64,000 nt of DNA from contig NC_091983.1 of NCBI RefSeq assembly GCF_044704955.1, positions 179,986,001 to 180,050,000 of the forward strand, given 5' to 3'. Positions within the stretch are counted from its first letter, which is position 1. Every line of letters starts with the position of its first letter. The stretch is from Pristiophorus japonicus. Its lineage: Eukaryota. Below the pieces are notes generated by a model that was not told where the DNA came from, did no database searches, and saw only the letters and a list, made by a program, of their open reading frames with translations. The translations under genes and the position numbers were made by a program. This document shows positions 23,944 to 37,400 of this stretch, piece after piece.

Positions 23944-26010
23944 GGGGTCGAAATTCGGTACTGTCGATTTTGAGAGTGTCACCGGCTGAGAGGATTTGTT
24001 CCTGGCAGGCGTTAGGCACGGCCCTGAAACGAGAAATTCAGTTTTACCGCCTGAAAAGTGGACCGTGGTGGCCAAGGCTATGGCTGACGTGGCAGTAGCC
24101 ATTGAGCATCAGGCCGACACCATGGTCAGCCTGCAGACTGTAATGTCATCAGTGCATGGTGGCACCAATCAGCTCTGTGGTCTAACCTGATGCAGAGCCA
24201 ACTTGAATCCATCAGGCACTGACCGCTGCCATCGTGTCTGGGGAACTAATATTGGCGAAGCACAGCAACAATCTGTGCTCAACCAGGTAGCTCCAGATGC
24301 TGAGGCGGTGTCCCGGGGGAGTAGCAGTGTATCAGGCCTGTTGGAACGTGATGTCCTCTCTCAGGACGACATCATTCTGCCCTTGCCCCTGCCGCGCTCT
24401 GCAACCCATCCGCCACAGAGTGCTGCCGTCTATGCTGAAGTGATGCTTCCAGGGCCCGAGCTGGTGCGGAACATCCTGCTAGACCATCAGCGGTAGCAGC
24501 GGCGCCAAGATAGCTGGTGCCTTGCTGCAGGCATTGAGACCTTATTGAAGAGGAGTAGTAGGCCTGGGGGGGGTGGGAGAAGAGGAGTGGGGAAGCACTA
24601 AGAAAGAGCTGGAAGGATATATGTGTGCTAGTGGCCAGAAATGGTGACCTTGCTCGAATGTGAACAAATGTAAATAGTTGCAGTTGGATGAGCCAGTAAA
24701 GAATTGTGTGATGGTGGCCAGAGATGTTGTTCTTGTTCCATGATGAAGTAATGTGAATAGTTGCACGTGGATGTGGGTGATAATGTTTCAAGGGGACTGG
24801 TTTCAATTATTGTTTGCTGTGGATGATGGTGATCTTTAGTGCTTCTTTACAACACATAATGTGTTTTTTGTAAATAAAAATGTGCTTCATTTGTCACAAT
24901 CTTTTCTTGCCATTTGTATGCATGGAGGCTTGGAGGGTGGGGCGTGATGTCTTCAACAGATGGCCAGGTGAATAGGCTGGCCAGGTGCGTATAATCGATG
25001 GCCATCTGATCCATGGAGAAGCCCACTTTCCTTGCAAAGTCATGGGAGCGTTCATTCAGGTCTTCCCTGGACATGCTGAACTTGATGTAGTCCATTCGTT
25101 TGTTGTAGAGAGCATCAGTAACCTGGCATTTGCAGCAATGTACCGCAAACTGCGAGATGTTGCATAGATTGCCGACCGGAAAGTGGAAGGAGCTGATAGT
25201 ATAGAAGTTGAGGGCTGCTATCACTTTCACTGCCACGGACAGCGAAGTCCTGGTGCCGATGTCACCTGCCAGGTATCTCTGCAGGTGGTGGCAGAGTTCC
25301 CTCACCACATCCTTGTGGAACCTCAGCCTTCTTAGGCACTGGTCCTTGGATATCTCAAGGTAAGAATAATGTGCATGGTAAACCCTGTGACTGTACAGCC
25401 TTCTGCCCCGCCGTTTGGGATCTCTCCACTGGCCAGCATCCACATTTGCCATAAGCCATCTCTGCAGCTGGCACCTTTGAAGTCATCGCTGCAGGACGGC
25501 GTGGTATCCGATCACTGCCCTCATAACATTGCAGAGGTAAAAGCGATAAGCTAGTTCCAGATGGTGAGGGCAATAATGTGTCCGAGATGCTAGTACTGAA
25601 GCTTAGGAGTCAGTAGCCGCAGGGCGCCAGCACCTTCGAACTGTGCGAGCAGCCAACGCAGCACAGACTGCGAACTCTGTAGGCCGGCTGCAACTCCCTG
25701 TAATTAACGCCCTGGATTCATTTCCCCGCCTTGTGCACGCCAACTTTTTCAGGCGTCATCACTGACAGCCGGCAAGTGAGGCGGCCAAAGTGAATTTGGC
25801 GAGAGCGGTGCCAAGGAGGTGTTACATGTGTACTGACGTTATGATTTCTATGGCGGTAGTCGGCAGGGCAGCAAATCTTTATGCCCTTGAAGAAGGACAA
25901 CCAAATTTCCTATCAGGTGGCACCCATGCCTAACGCTGCCAGCCACTCACACCCTGTTGCCGCCTCACTCAGGCGGTATCAGCTGGCAATAGCAACCGAA
26001 TTGTGACTCC
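23944..26010. mobile_element. internally deleted PIF/Harbinger DNA transposon
   Basis: TIRs GGGGTCGAAATTCGGT and ACCGAATTGTGACTCC; TSD TAT at 23941-23943 and 26011-26013; transposase remnant on minus and a convergent plus-strand ORF remnant (about 24060-24500). Confidence 0.85.
24950..25452 (-). pseudogene. Harbinger (HARBI1-like) transposase, N-terminal half only
   Basis: CLRRLRFHKDVVRELC...LSVAVKVIAALNFYTISSF...GFSMDQMAIDYTHLA; the sequence breaks right after the first catalytic (G)AID motif. Confidence 0.85.
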
Positions 26011-26609
26011 TATGTCCTGATGCTGTCGGCTTGGGCTAGATCAAAAATTCATGACCCAGAGTGAAAAAGCAACAATCACTCTTAGTATGCAAGCAATATA
26101 TATTGAAAATATGAAACAGTTACAGCATTTTCCCAATTTGGATGAACATCCAATGTATTTTTGTCCATAATGACAGTTCTTTGCGTACGGTTAAAACTCA
26201 TGCGCATGGAACAAACAGCACCCTCAACAATGAGCTTGAGAGTTAGTTCTTTATAATATCTCTGAACAGAAATCTGAATGGTATTTTGAACTGCTTAGCA
26301 CATAAAAGTGAAGGCACAAGAAAAAGCAAACTCCTTAAGAAAGGTTAGATTGCATCAGTTTTTGCTGAGGTGTTAATAGTACCACTATAACTGATCTACA
26401 GTGTGTTACAAGGTCTATCACAAAGTTAATGATTAGGCGCTGCTTTAGTTTTAATTGCTACCTGAGTTCAAGGGAAATAACTTTAGTTTTGCATTTACAA
26501 AAATTAAGCACACATTTTAATAAAGTGCTCAAACAAAACATTTCCTGATTTTAGCGTCAGAAACTATTAAAAACATATGCAGACATATTGTAGAATTTTG
26601 ATATTCTTA

Positions 26610-27147
26610 GGGGGAGAAATTGAGCTATTTTGCAAGTCCCGTTAGTTCCCCTGGGGCGCAAATGTGTTTGTGACTGGGCGTGGCGCTGTTAACGACTCCT
26701 GCCATATTGGGCGGGGGTTTAGCGGTGGCGTTATGGCATTGCGCCCCGATCTCCTGCGCCCGGAGATCGTGACGTCATCACTGTGCGCATCACCCTGTTA
26801 GCGCTCTCACCCCTAAATTGGGTTTCGCCCCCTGTAGCTGCGCCGGGCGAAAACAGCGACAGCTTCAGGGGACGCATACCGGGCGGCACGCCGCTACCAG
26901 GGCGAAAATTAAAGGGGAGTTGGCCAACTGCTGAAAAAACCCACACCTTTTTGTTGCCGCTCCGGACGGGGTTTCTTTGCGGGGCTGGGTTATCACACAG
27001 CACCCCCGCTCCCCGATGGCCCAGGTAGGTCCTTCTTCTTTGGCAGAGTATGTAGCTTGGGCTCTTCCCTTTAATTGCAGGAAGAGCCCCTCAGACACGT
27101 CAGCGCTACGTGGCCAAGTGCGCAGTGCTGCTGAGACAGCCGCCCAG
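26610..27147. mobile_element. Harbinger-type MITE, one end only
   Basis: Starts TTA|GGGGGAGAAATTG like 43828 and shares internal motifs (TGACGTCATCACTGTGCGCA, AAATTAAAGGGGAG); no right TIR found. Confidence 0.6.
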
Positions 27148-27404
27148 TTACCATATATTATGAGGGTTCATACCATAACAGAAAGTTGAGAAGTGTGGTT
27201 AAAAAAAAATCACCTTACTTCAAATTTTTTGCAATCTTTCTTTAACAAATTCCTTTCTGACACCTTAAACTTTATTTTGAGTAAATGAGGTGCAGCATTT
27301 CACTATTAGTGAAATGTAGCTGTCAGTCATAAAAGGCTTTAGAAATTGCAAGAAAGTAAGTGAATCTTTGCCTGTACCCCCATCATTTTGGATTTCTTTT
27401 TTAC

Positions 27405-27559
27405 CTGGTCATGCCATTTGAAGTCTGGATTGATGGTCAGTCGGACTCGAAGGACAGTGCGTGTGATAGGCTGGATGCTCGCTTCCATAGCTATGGAAGG
27501 AATTTCATGGACGCACTGCTTCACCTTTAACCCAATGTTCACATGATGTAACATGTGGC
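27405..27559 (-). CDS. ASCC3: ASCC3 internal coding exon (155 bp, phase 1-0)
   Basis: (G)HMLHHVNIGLKVKQCVHEIPSIAMEASIQPITRTVLRVRLTINPDFKWHDQ; acceptor TGTAG ending 27560, donor GTAAAA from 27404; frame continues from the previous exon. Confidence 0.95.
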
Positions 27560-28538
27560 CTACACAATAAAATAAAATTTAATTAAACAAATTCACAGAT
27601 CTCAAGAAACAATAGACAGGTTTATACTAGCAAACAGTCTAATTGAACATGCAAGTCATATTTCCCTATGACCTATCTTCTAATATTACTTCGCAAACTC
27701 CTCTTCAAATGCAGTCTAATCCTGGTCATATTCAAAAATTGAAAATGTAGTTCCTCAGTAGATATACTCAGAGATTACAGAAAGATTTATTTTACAAGAA
27801 AAACTATTTTCTGCCCTAAGCAAACTTTTATTCTGAAATTTTCAAATAAATTCTTGTACCATAAAATATTTGCTTAGCTGGTAGGTCAGAAACAAATAAA
27901 TCGAGTCTCAATGTACTTCCATTACAAATAAACAAACTACTGCTTGTAAAATCTCAGGCAAATACACTCTTGACACTACAAAAATAAACTTAGGCATTAA
28001 GTTAAAAGCATCTGGTATTTACTAAAACCCCATTGTTTTGAAGCTTCTATGTAGTTCTCAGATTATATTAGGCACATGTTCACATAACCCCCAGAGTGCC
28101 AGCAGGTTCAGGCCTATTTAAGTTTTCAGCTCACACACTGTAGCTCTGAAACAAACGCTATTACAGTAGATTTAGTACTTATTATTAACACTAAACTATA
28201 ACAGAAAAAAATAAATTGCTTGCTCTGTATTCTCCTTTCCCCATTCACACTCTTATTTTTAATTACATTTTTCTCCCTAACCTATTCTAACTTTATTCTA
28301 AATTTTAAAATAATGAGTCATTTATCCTTATCTGCCTTTTTCCTTCCTCCGGTTCCCATATGTTTTGGAGGTAGGAGCACGTGCCAAAAAATTGATTTTT
28401 CACTGGCTGTAAAACATCTTTTAATGTTAAGATTACCATGAACATGTCATACACATGACTGGGTCAATCTACGACTCATGAATGCATGCCAAAACAAGAA
28501 GGGCTCGGCTGAATGAGTATACTCAACAATGAGACCTA

Positions 28539-28652
28539 GGGGTAGGTTTTCAACTTGTTGTCCAAGCATTGAGTCCATGAAAATGAAAATCCAACAGGCT
28601 GCCTATCCCAACACTAGTTTTACACCTGGGTGGCTAATTGTAAATCGACTCC
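28539..28652. mobile_element. possible 114-bp Harbinger-type mini-MITE
   Basis: Imperfect TIRs GGGGTAGGTTTTCA and TGTAAATCGACTCC; flanks CTA and CTG. Confidence 0.4.
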
Positions 28653-29111
28653 CTGGAGTGTGACGTCACCTGGGCACATAACCCTGTGACACTGCAAATG
28701 ATAAATGTTTATGAATGAATTGATGTGCACTTAAGAGTTAACTGTTGATAGTCCGAACTATTTTTAGGTTTAAAAATAAAACAGAAGTGTTAAAAATGTA
28801 ACATTACTACACAAGTATCAAAGGCGTTTTAAAATGGCAATTGTACATTTTTTTTTCCAGTGCAGATACCCTCACCCTGTCTGAGGTTTGTCACTTTCTG
28901 CTTTAGTATACAATATTGGTAAATCAGAGTCCATTCAATAAAGTAAGATCCTAAAATGTTAAGAACCACGCAACATTTCTGCAATTAATATACCATATGA
29001 ATTTACTTCAAAGTAAATCTCTGGGAAGTCCCTCAATACTTCACCGGAGTAACTGAACCATACTCACATGGAACGTCAGGGGTTTGATTCTAGATCTGTA
29101 CTGAGTTAACT

Positions 29112-29680
29112 GTATCGAACCTTAGTTAGACCACACTTAGAATACTGCATACAATTCTGGTCGTCATATTATAAAAAGGAGATAGCGGCACTGGAGAGGG
29201 TGCAGAGAAGATTTACAAGGAGGATAGCAGAAATGCGAGGTTATAATTACCTGCATCAGAAAAGGATGAACAGGCTGGGTCTCTTTTTTCTTGAAAAAAG
29301 GCTGAGTGCTGACCTAATTGAGGTCTTTAAAATTATGAAAGGTTTTGATAGAGTGGATAGAGAGAGAATGTTTCCACTTTTGGGGAAGAGCATAACTAGA
29401 GGCCATCAATATAAGCTAGTCACCAAGAAATCCAACAGGGAATTCAGAAGAAACTTCTTTACCCAGAGAGTGGTGAGAATGTGGAACTCGCTACCACAGG
29501 GATTGGTTGAAGCGAATAATATAGATGCATTTAAGGGGAGGCTAGACAAGCATATGAGGGAGAACGGAAAAGGGTCACGCTGATAGATTTAAATGAGGAA
29601 AGACAGGTGGAGCATAAGCGCCGGCATGGACTGGTTAGGCCAAAAGGCCTGTTTCTGTGCCATATATCCTATGCAATCCC
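29112..29680 (+). mobile_element. CR1 3' fragment
   Basis: ORF 29200-29583 (QRRFTR...RRNFFTQRVVRMWNSLP) followed by a 3' UTR ending GGCCTGTTTCTGTGC...CCTATG. Confidence 0.85.
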
Positions 29681-30244
29681 AACGGATTGATTGTAGGGGC
29701 ACGATAACTGCCTTGGAGAAAATTGGTTTCCCATATCCGATTACTATTTAGTGATTTCTGTTGGAAGTGCATCTGTGTGAACAGGATCGGACTCCAGTTA
29801 TGATGCTCTTTATGGTCAATGACATATTGATACACACCCTCAGTTGGATGAGGCATTAGAGAATGCATTGTGTATGTGGGAATGTATCCCTGTAAGGAGT
29901 CAATGACTTCAGATTCAGACAGAAGGAGACAACTGACAGTAAAATATGGAAAAATGCAAATCTTTGCAATAAAAGGGCAGGTCAAATCACGTTTTATGCT
30001 GTTCCAGCTTTGTAATTTAAACTGACGATATCCAAGAAGCATTCAACAGTGACATTATCAGTAAACATAATAAAGATTAGTCACACAAAGTGACAATAAA
30101 ATCAAAGTTCAGATTGTTAAATCTTTCAAATTAATCATATTTTAGAAAAGGATACATTCATTTATCAAAATGCCAAATTTTGCAGGTACAATTTGTCCCT
30201 GGAATTAAAATGTGTATTTTGTTATTTCAGTGCAATTATGGTAT

Positions 30245-31008
30245 GGGCCTTAAATTCCGGCCTCACTGGGTCCGTACGGAGTGTATATGGACCCGGGCGA
30301 GGCCCCACAAAAGCCGGTTTTCGGCATGCAATGCGCATGCACTGAAAACCAGCTTTTCTGATCTATCAAGTTCTGGTTTGACAGATCCAATGCATCTCGG
30401 CAGCAAGGACATCCGCATGGGCAAGATTGTGCTATCTGCCCATCTCTTGCCCAGCGAATGTCCTTAATCTCTTGTGCCTGGTAAAAGCAGGCGCATAGCC
30501 GACTTTTACCAGCGTAAGAGTTTTAAAACATATAAAAATAACATTTAAAACCACATTTTTCTGTTAAAAACCCTGTTCCATTAAGGTAAGTTTATTTTAA
30601 ACCCCAATTACAAAAAATCCAAAAAATTTATATTTTTTCTCACACATTTATTAACTTTAATTTAAATTAATGTTAAATATGTGATGTTTTCTTTCTATTT
30701 TTTATTTGTGTTTTGGTGTGAGGGGTGTGAGGGGGAGGGTGTTTCACATTCATAAAAATGAGAACTCCTACTTACGGAGTTCCCATTATTGTGAATGAGA
30801 ATACTGTACCTTCATTGGCTGTCCAGTGTCATATGACTCCAGCTTCTCCCTGCGCACCTCCAAGACGTGAACAAGCTGCGATGCGCAGGGAGAGGAGGCC
30901 TCTGACTGGGATCGCTGGAGGGCGCAGCAGCAAAAGGTAGGTGCGGATTTTTGTTAACTATTTTCTGGCGAGCGCCTGCGGGAAGCCCAGCACCGGGATT
31001 TCAAGCCC
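30245..31008. mobile_element. Harbinger-type MITE with AT-rich core
   Basis: TIRs GGGCCTTAAATTCCGG and CCGGGATTTCAAGCCC; flanks TAT and AAT; shares AAAACCCTGT(T)CCATTAAGGTAAGTTTATTTT with 58961-59673. Confidence 0.75.
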
Positions 31009-31019
31009 AATAAGTTAAT

Positions 31020-31300
31020 TTTTTTCTTAGATGTGGGACACACTGGCAAGGCAACATTTATTGCCCATCCCTGGTTTCCCTGAATGCATTAAGAGTCAAC
31101 CACGTAGTATGGGACTGGAGTTACATGTATGCCAAGCCAACTAGGAGTGGCTGAAAGACAGTAGTGAACCAGTTGGGCTTCTATGACAAATTAGCAGCTT
31201 TAAAAAAAAAAATCAATTTTCTGGTGCTCCCCACAAATGACCAGATTTACTACATTAAATTTAGCATTTTGCTCTTCCAGTAACATAACCACTAGGCTAG
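31020..31300 (-). mobile_element. SINE whose 3' tail matches the second CR1-clade family
   Basis: Minus head TAGCCTAGTGGTTATGTTACTGG; tail GGGATGGGCAATAAATGTTGCCTTGCCAGTGTGTCCCACATC matches LINE 3' ends at about 20065-20095 and 55070-55105. Confidence 0.6.
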
Positions 31301-31414
31301 TATACTCTTATTCAGAGGTCTAACTCCATAAATATGTTTAAGCTTGGATATTTTGTATCGCTTTCTTAAGATAATTTAGCCATTAATGATGCTGAATTTT
31401 AAAATTTAATCCAC

Positions 31415-32745
31415 TGGATAGACTGCAAACGTTACACCCCTGTTTAAAAAAGGGGAGAGGGATGAATCTGGTAACAATAGGCCTATTAGTGGTGGGAAAA
31501 CTACTAGAAACCATTGTCAAGGACAAAATCATGACTAACTAACCTGATTTGAGTTTTTTGATGAAGTAACAAAGAGAGTTGATGAAGGTAGTGCAGTAGA
31601 TATTGTACATTGGACTTACAAAAGCATTTGAATAAGTACCATATAACAGACTTATTCGGCAAAGAGAAGCATATGGTCTTAAAGGTCATAACTGGGGTAT
31701 GTAATTGGCTAAAGGACAGGAGGCAAAGTAGTGGTAAATGAATGTTCTGACTGGTGAGAAATATGCAGTGGGGTCCCCAAGCGCTCGTTATTAGGACCAT
31801 TGCTTTTATTGTTATATATAAATGACTTGGGTATGGGGAGTACAATTTCTAAGTTTGCTGACAATACAAAACTTGGCATGTACTAAATGGTCAGCAGGAC
31901 AGTAGCAGACTTCAGGAGGACATAGACAGATTGGTGAAATGGGCAGACACATGGCAGATGCAATTTAATGCAGATAAGTGTGCAGTGATGCATTTTGGGA
32001 GGAATAACATGGAGAGGCAACATAATTTATCTGGTATTATTTTGAGGGGGTGCAAGAGCAGAGGGGACTGGGAGTGCATATTCAAAAATCTTTGTAGTGG
32101 CAGGGTAAGTTGATAAGGCGGTTAGACAGTGCATATGATACTTGGCTTTGTAAATAGGAGCACTGAATACCAAAACAAGGAAGTCATGTTAAACCTTTAC
32201 AAATTGCTGATTAGGCCTCAGTGGAATATTCTGGGCACCACACTTTAGGAAGGATGTCAAAGCCTTGGAGAGGGTACAGAGGACGTTTATCAGGATGATA
32301 CCAGAGATGAGGGACTTAAGTTATGTGGAGAGACTGGAGAAGCTGGGCTTGGAATCCTTAGAGCAGAGAAGGTTAAGGGGAGACCGAACAGTGGTATTCA
32401 AAATTATGAGGGTTCTTTTTTTAAAAAGAAAGTCGGGAGAAACTGCTTCCTCTGGCAAGTGGGTCAGTAATCAGAGGTCATAGATTTAAAATAATTGGCA
32501 AAAGAACTAGAGAAGAAATGAGGAGAATTTTTTTCACACAGAAGGTTAACATCTGGAATGTACTATCTGAAACGGCGGTGGAATCAAGATTCCATAGGAA
32601 CAATCAAAAGGCAAAAGACATGTACTTGGAGGATTATGGCGAAATAGCTGGAATGTGGTACAAATTTGGACTGCTCTTTCAAAAGAGTCGGCACAGGCAT
32701 GACAGGCCAAATGGCCTCTTTCTGTGCTGTAAGATTCTATTCTAT
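31415..32745 (+). mobile_element. old, degraded CR1 LINE
   Basis: RT remnants (KWADTWQMQFNADKC; ERVQRTFIRMIP...LEQRRLRGD) and a 3' UTR with a TTCTA tail. Confidence 0.8.
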
Positions 32746-33717
32746 CTGCCAGTAACACTTTTGCATATATGGAAAATTGTGCCCTTTCATTCACTGCTTG
32801 CAGTCTAGGTCACACATAGGTTAATGTTTTAGTTGAAGATAAACATAGCTAACAAAAAAAACTGTCAGGTGAATAGTCTATCTGCCTTGCCTTTCAGTTA
32901 TAGAATATAGATACAAATTTAATAAAACCTAACTCCAATAACAAAACTGAGTAATGAAATGCATCATATATTTTCCAAATTAGTGAGGTTAAATTGTTTC
33001 AACCTACAACAAAATTGAAACTTTGCATAGCCCTGTGCTTGATATTGGAGATTTTGTTTTAGATTTAGGCCTTTAAATTATATCATTTGCTCCAGTGAAC
33101 TCAGTTAACACTAAAAGGCATAACTGCCTGTAGAACCTTAAACTGTGCTCAATTATGAAAAAAAATTCTAACTTTGCAAGAAAACAAAACATTAACTACA
33201 GACACGCATTCAACTCCATGGCTAGGGAAGCATTAAAAAAACACAACACAATCAAGGAAATCAATTGGCCGTATCAGATAGTCGAGTAGTGCGTGTGTTT
33301 GTATGAAGGGAAATTCTCACAATAAATATATACATGCTCTAGTGTAAAAAGAGACATCCTTTATGTTTGATTTAACCTGTCTAAAGTTTGAATTTTAACC
33401 TTATAATTCACCTGACATCTAATAAATTGTGTTTTAACTAAACCATGATTCGTACTTTAAAAGCACTAACTTATCAGTTGCTGTCAAGATGTCAGCTCGT
33501 TGCACATTCAAAACAAATCACATGATCGACATGACAACAAAGCAGCTTGTGAAGACACCACTCTCAGTGACACAGCATCATGTGAAACGAAAATTAAGTA
33601 TTACGAGAACATTTTTGGTTTTGGCTGCTGCAATATAGACTGCCATATTATACCATGACACCTTGAGCTGTTTACCAATATTCTCTGACATTAAAGATTC
33701 TTTTAAGATCACTTCAC

Positions 33718-33943
33718 CTATTTCATCCTTGCGCATGTCCTTCATCTTATCTATGGTGAGTTTCTTTTCCTCCAGTTTTGAAAGCACATGACCTGGCAAA
33801 ACTGAGAACTGGCGTAGTGGATTGCACCATCCCCATAATCTCCTGTCAATTATCTTGCACAAATTCAGCAACCGGTACGTCATTGCAGGCCATCGCCTTC
33901 TCAGGGCAACCTCGAAAAGCGCTCGCACAATACGAGCTGCATT
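33718..33943 (-). CDS. ASCC3: ASCC3 internal coding exon (226 bp, phase 0-1)
   Basis: NAARIVRALFEVALRRRWPAMTYRLLNLCKIIDRRLWGWCNPLRQF...KMKDMRKDEI(G); acceptor TTTGCAG ending 33944, donor GTGAAG from 33717. Confidence 0.95.
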
Positions 33944-34484
33944 CTGCAAACACAGTAAGAACATTTAAATGGTTGGGATTATAGTAAAAAAGACTCTGCA
34001 CTGATATTAGCATCAGTAATACTGCTGAAAAAACACCAACTGAAATAACTTGCAAAGTTAGCAAAACTCTTAACTGCGAGCTTAACCAAATTCATTTTAT
34101 CAACTGTAAAATCCACTGTGCAATGTTGTTAAAACTGAGTCAACATATATCAGCAAAGTATAAATAAAACCTTATAATGATGATAGTTTCCTGATTATTA
34201 TATCAGCAACATTTAATAAAGTATCACAATATGCTTTCAGTGACTACGAATCTGAATGTCCTTGCACATTATTGCACTTTAGCAATTTTCTGGAAATAAG
34301 CAGCTCAGTAATTCTAGTGGTGGAATATTTGAATTGTATTCAAAGAGCTGAGGTTTAAATTCCAGCCACCACTGATGTTCAAACTTGTGTACCCTCTAGG
34401 GACAGGTTCCATTACTACAGGTTTGGAAATACAGAAGTCATATTTTTTGGGCCACATTATTACTTACCAGCTACCCTTTCACTA

Positions 34485-37400
34485 CTTCAGCAATTGTACA
34501 TCCCTGTCTGGAGTAAAAATTAAATGGGGAAGGTGGCTCAACCGTGGCTAACAAAGGAAATTAAAGGATAGTGTTAAAACCAAAGAAGAAGGCATATAAA
34601 TTGGCTAGAAAAAGCAACAAACCTGAGGACTGGGAGAAATTTAAAATTCAACAGAGGAGGACTAAGGTTTTAATTAAGAGGGGGAAAATAGAGTACGAGA
34701 GGAAGCTTGCAGGGAACATAAAAATTGACTGCAAAAGCTTCTATAAATATGTGAAGAGAAAAAGATTAGTGAAGACAAATGTAGGTAGGTCCCTTGCAGT
34801 CGGATTCAGGTGAATTTATAATGGGGAACAAAGAAATGGCAGACCAATTGAATAAATACTTCGGTTCTGTCTTCACGAAGGAAGACACAAATAACCTTCC
34901 GAATGTACTAGGGGAAAGTGGGTCGAGTGAGAAGGAGGAACTGAAGGATATCCTTATTAGGCGGGAAATTGTGTTGGGGAAATTGATGGGATTGAAGGCT
35001 GATAAATTCCCGGGGCCTGATAGTCTGCATCCCAGAGTACTTAAGGAAGTGGCCCGAGAAATAGTGGATGCATTGGTGATCATTTTCCAACAGTCTCTGG
35101 ATCAGTGCCTATGGACTGGAGGGTAGCTAATGTAACACCACTTTTTAAAAAGGGAGGGAGAGAGAAAACGGGTAGTTATAGACCGGTTAGCCTGACATCA
35201 GTCGTGGGGAAAATGTTGGAATCAATCATTAAGGATGAAATAGCAGCATATTTGGAAAGCAGTGACAGGATTGGTCCAAGTCAGCATGGATTTATGAAAG
35301 GGAAATCATGCTTGACGAATCTTCTGGAATTTTTTGAGGATGTAACTAGCAGAGTGGACAAGGGAGAACCCAGTGGATGTGGTGTATTTAGACTTTCAAA
35401 AGGCTTTTGACAAGGTCCCGCACAAGAGATTGATGTGCAAAATCAAAGCGCATGGTATTGGGGGTAATGTACTGACGTGGGTAGAGAACTGGTTGGCAGA
35501 CAGGAAGCAGAGGGTCCTTTTCAGAATGGCAGGCAGTGACTAGTGGAGTGCCGCAGGGCTCAGTGCTGGGACCCCAGCTCTTTACAATATACATTAACGA
35601 TTTAGATGAAGGAATTGAGTGTAATATCTCCAAGTTTGCAGATGACACTAAACTGGGTGGCAGTGTGAGCTGTGAGGAGGACGCTAAGAGGCAAAGGGTG
35701 ACTTGGACAGGTTAGGTGCGGTTATCCATTTTGGGGGCAAAAACACAAAGGCAGAATATTATCTGAATGGCGGCAGATTAGGTGAAGGGGAGGTGCAACG
35801 AGACCTGGGTGTCTTGGTTCATCAGTCATTAAAAGTTGGCATGCAGGTACAGCAGACGGTGAAGGTGGCAAATGGTATGTTGGCCTTCATAGCTAGGGGA
35901 TTTGAGTATAGGAGCAGGGAGGTCTTACTGCAGTTGTACAGGGCCTTAGTGAGGCCTCACTTGGAGTATTGTGTGCAGCGAAGGTTCACCAGAATGATTC
36001 CAGGGATGGCTGGACTGTCATATGAGGAGACTGGATGAACTGGGCCTTTATTCACTGCAGTTTAGAAGGATGAGAGGGGATCTCATAGAAACGTATAAAA
36101 TTCTGACAGGATTGAACAGGTTACATAGAAAGATAGAAAATAGGTGCAGGAGGAGGCCATTCTGCCCTTCAAGCCTACACCGCCATTCAATGAGATCATG
36201 GCTGAACATTCCTGCTTTCTCACCATACCCCTTGATCCCCCTAGTAGTAAGGACTACATCTAACTCCTTTTTGAATATATTTAGTGAATTGGCCTCAACA
36301 ACTTTCTGTAGTAGAGAATTCCACAGGTTCACCACTCTCTGGGTGAAGAAGTTTCTCCTCATCTCGGTCCTAAATGGCTTACCCCTTATCCTTGACCCCT
36401 GGTTCTGGACTTCCCCAACATTGGGAACATTCTTCCTGTATCTAACCTGTCTAAACCAGTCAGAATTTTAAACGTTTCCATGAGATCCCCTCTCATTCTT
36501 CTGAACTCCAGTGAATACAAGCCCAGTTGATCCAGTCTTTCTTGATATGTCAGTCCCGCCATCCCTGGAATCAGTCTGGTGAACCTTCGCTGCACTCCCT
36601 CAATAGCAAGAATGTCCTTCCTCAAGTTAGGAGACCAAAACTGTACACAATACTCCAGGCCTCACCAAGGCCCTGTACAACTGCAGCAACATCTCCCTGC
36701 CCCTGTACTCAAATCCCCTCGCTATGAAGGCCAACATGCCATTTGCTTTCTAAACCGCCTGCTGTACTTGCATGCCAACCTTCAATGTCTGATGTACCAT
36801 GACATCCAGGTCTCGTTGCACCTCCCATTTTCCTAATCTGTCATCATTCAGATAATAGTCTGTCTCTCTGTTTTTACCACCAAAGTGGATAACCTCACAT
36901 TTATCCACATTATACTGCATCTGCCATGCATTTGCCCACTCACGTAACCTATCCAAGTCACTGCAGCCTCATAGCATCCTCCTCGTAGCTCACACTGCCA
37001 TCCAACTTAGTGTCATTCGCAAATTTGGAGATACTACATTTAATCCCCTCGTATAAATCATTAATGTACAATGTAAACAGCTGGGCCCCAGCACAGAACC
37101 TTGCGATACCCCATTAGTCACTGCCTGCCATTCTGAAAAGTACCCATTTACTCCTACTCTTTGCTTCCTGTCTGCCAACCAGTTCTCAATCTATGTCAGC
37201 ATACTATCCCCAATCCCATGTGCTTTAACTTTGCACATTAATCTCTTGTGTGGGACCTTGTCGAAAACCTTCTGAAAGTCCAAATACACCACATCAACTG
37301 GTTCTCCCTTGTCCACTCTACTGGAAACATTCTCAAAAAATTCCAGAAGATTTGTCAAGCATGATTTCCCTTTCGCTAATCCATGCTGACTTGGACCAAT

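Noticed and set aside
24847-25452. Domesticated host HARBI1 gene (also 48165-53400)
   Set aside because: Both lie inside transposon structures, are truncated or disrupted, and lack an intact DDE triad.
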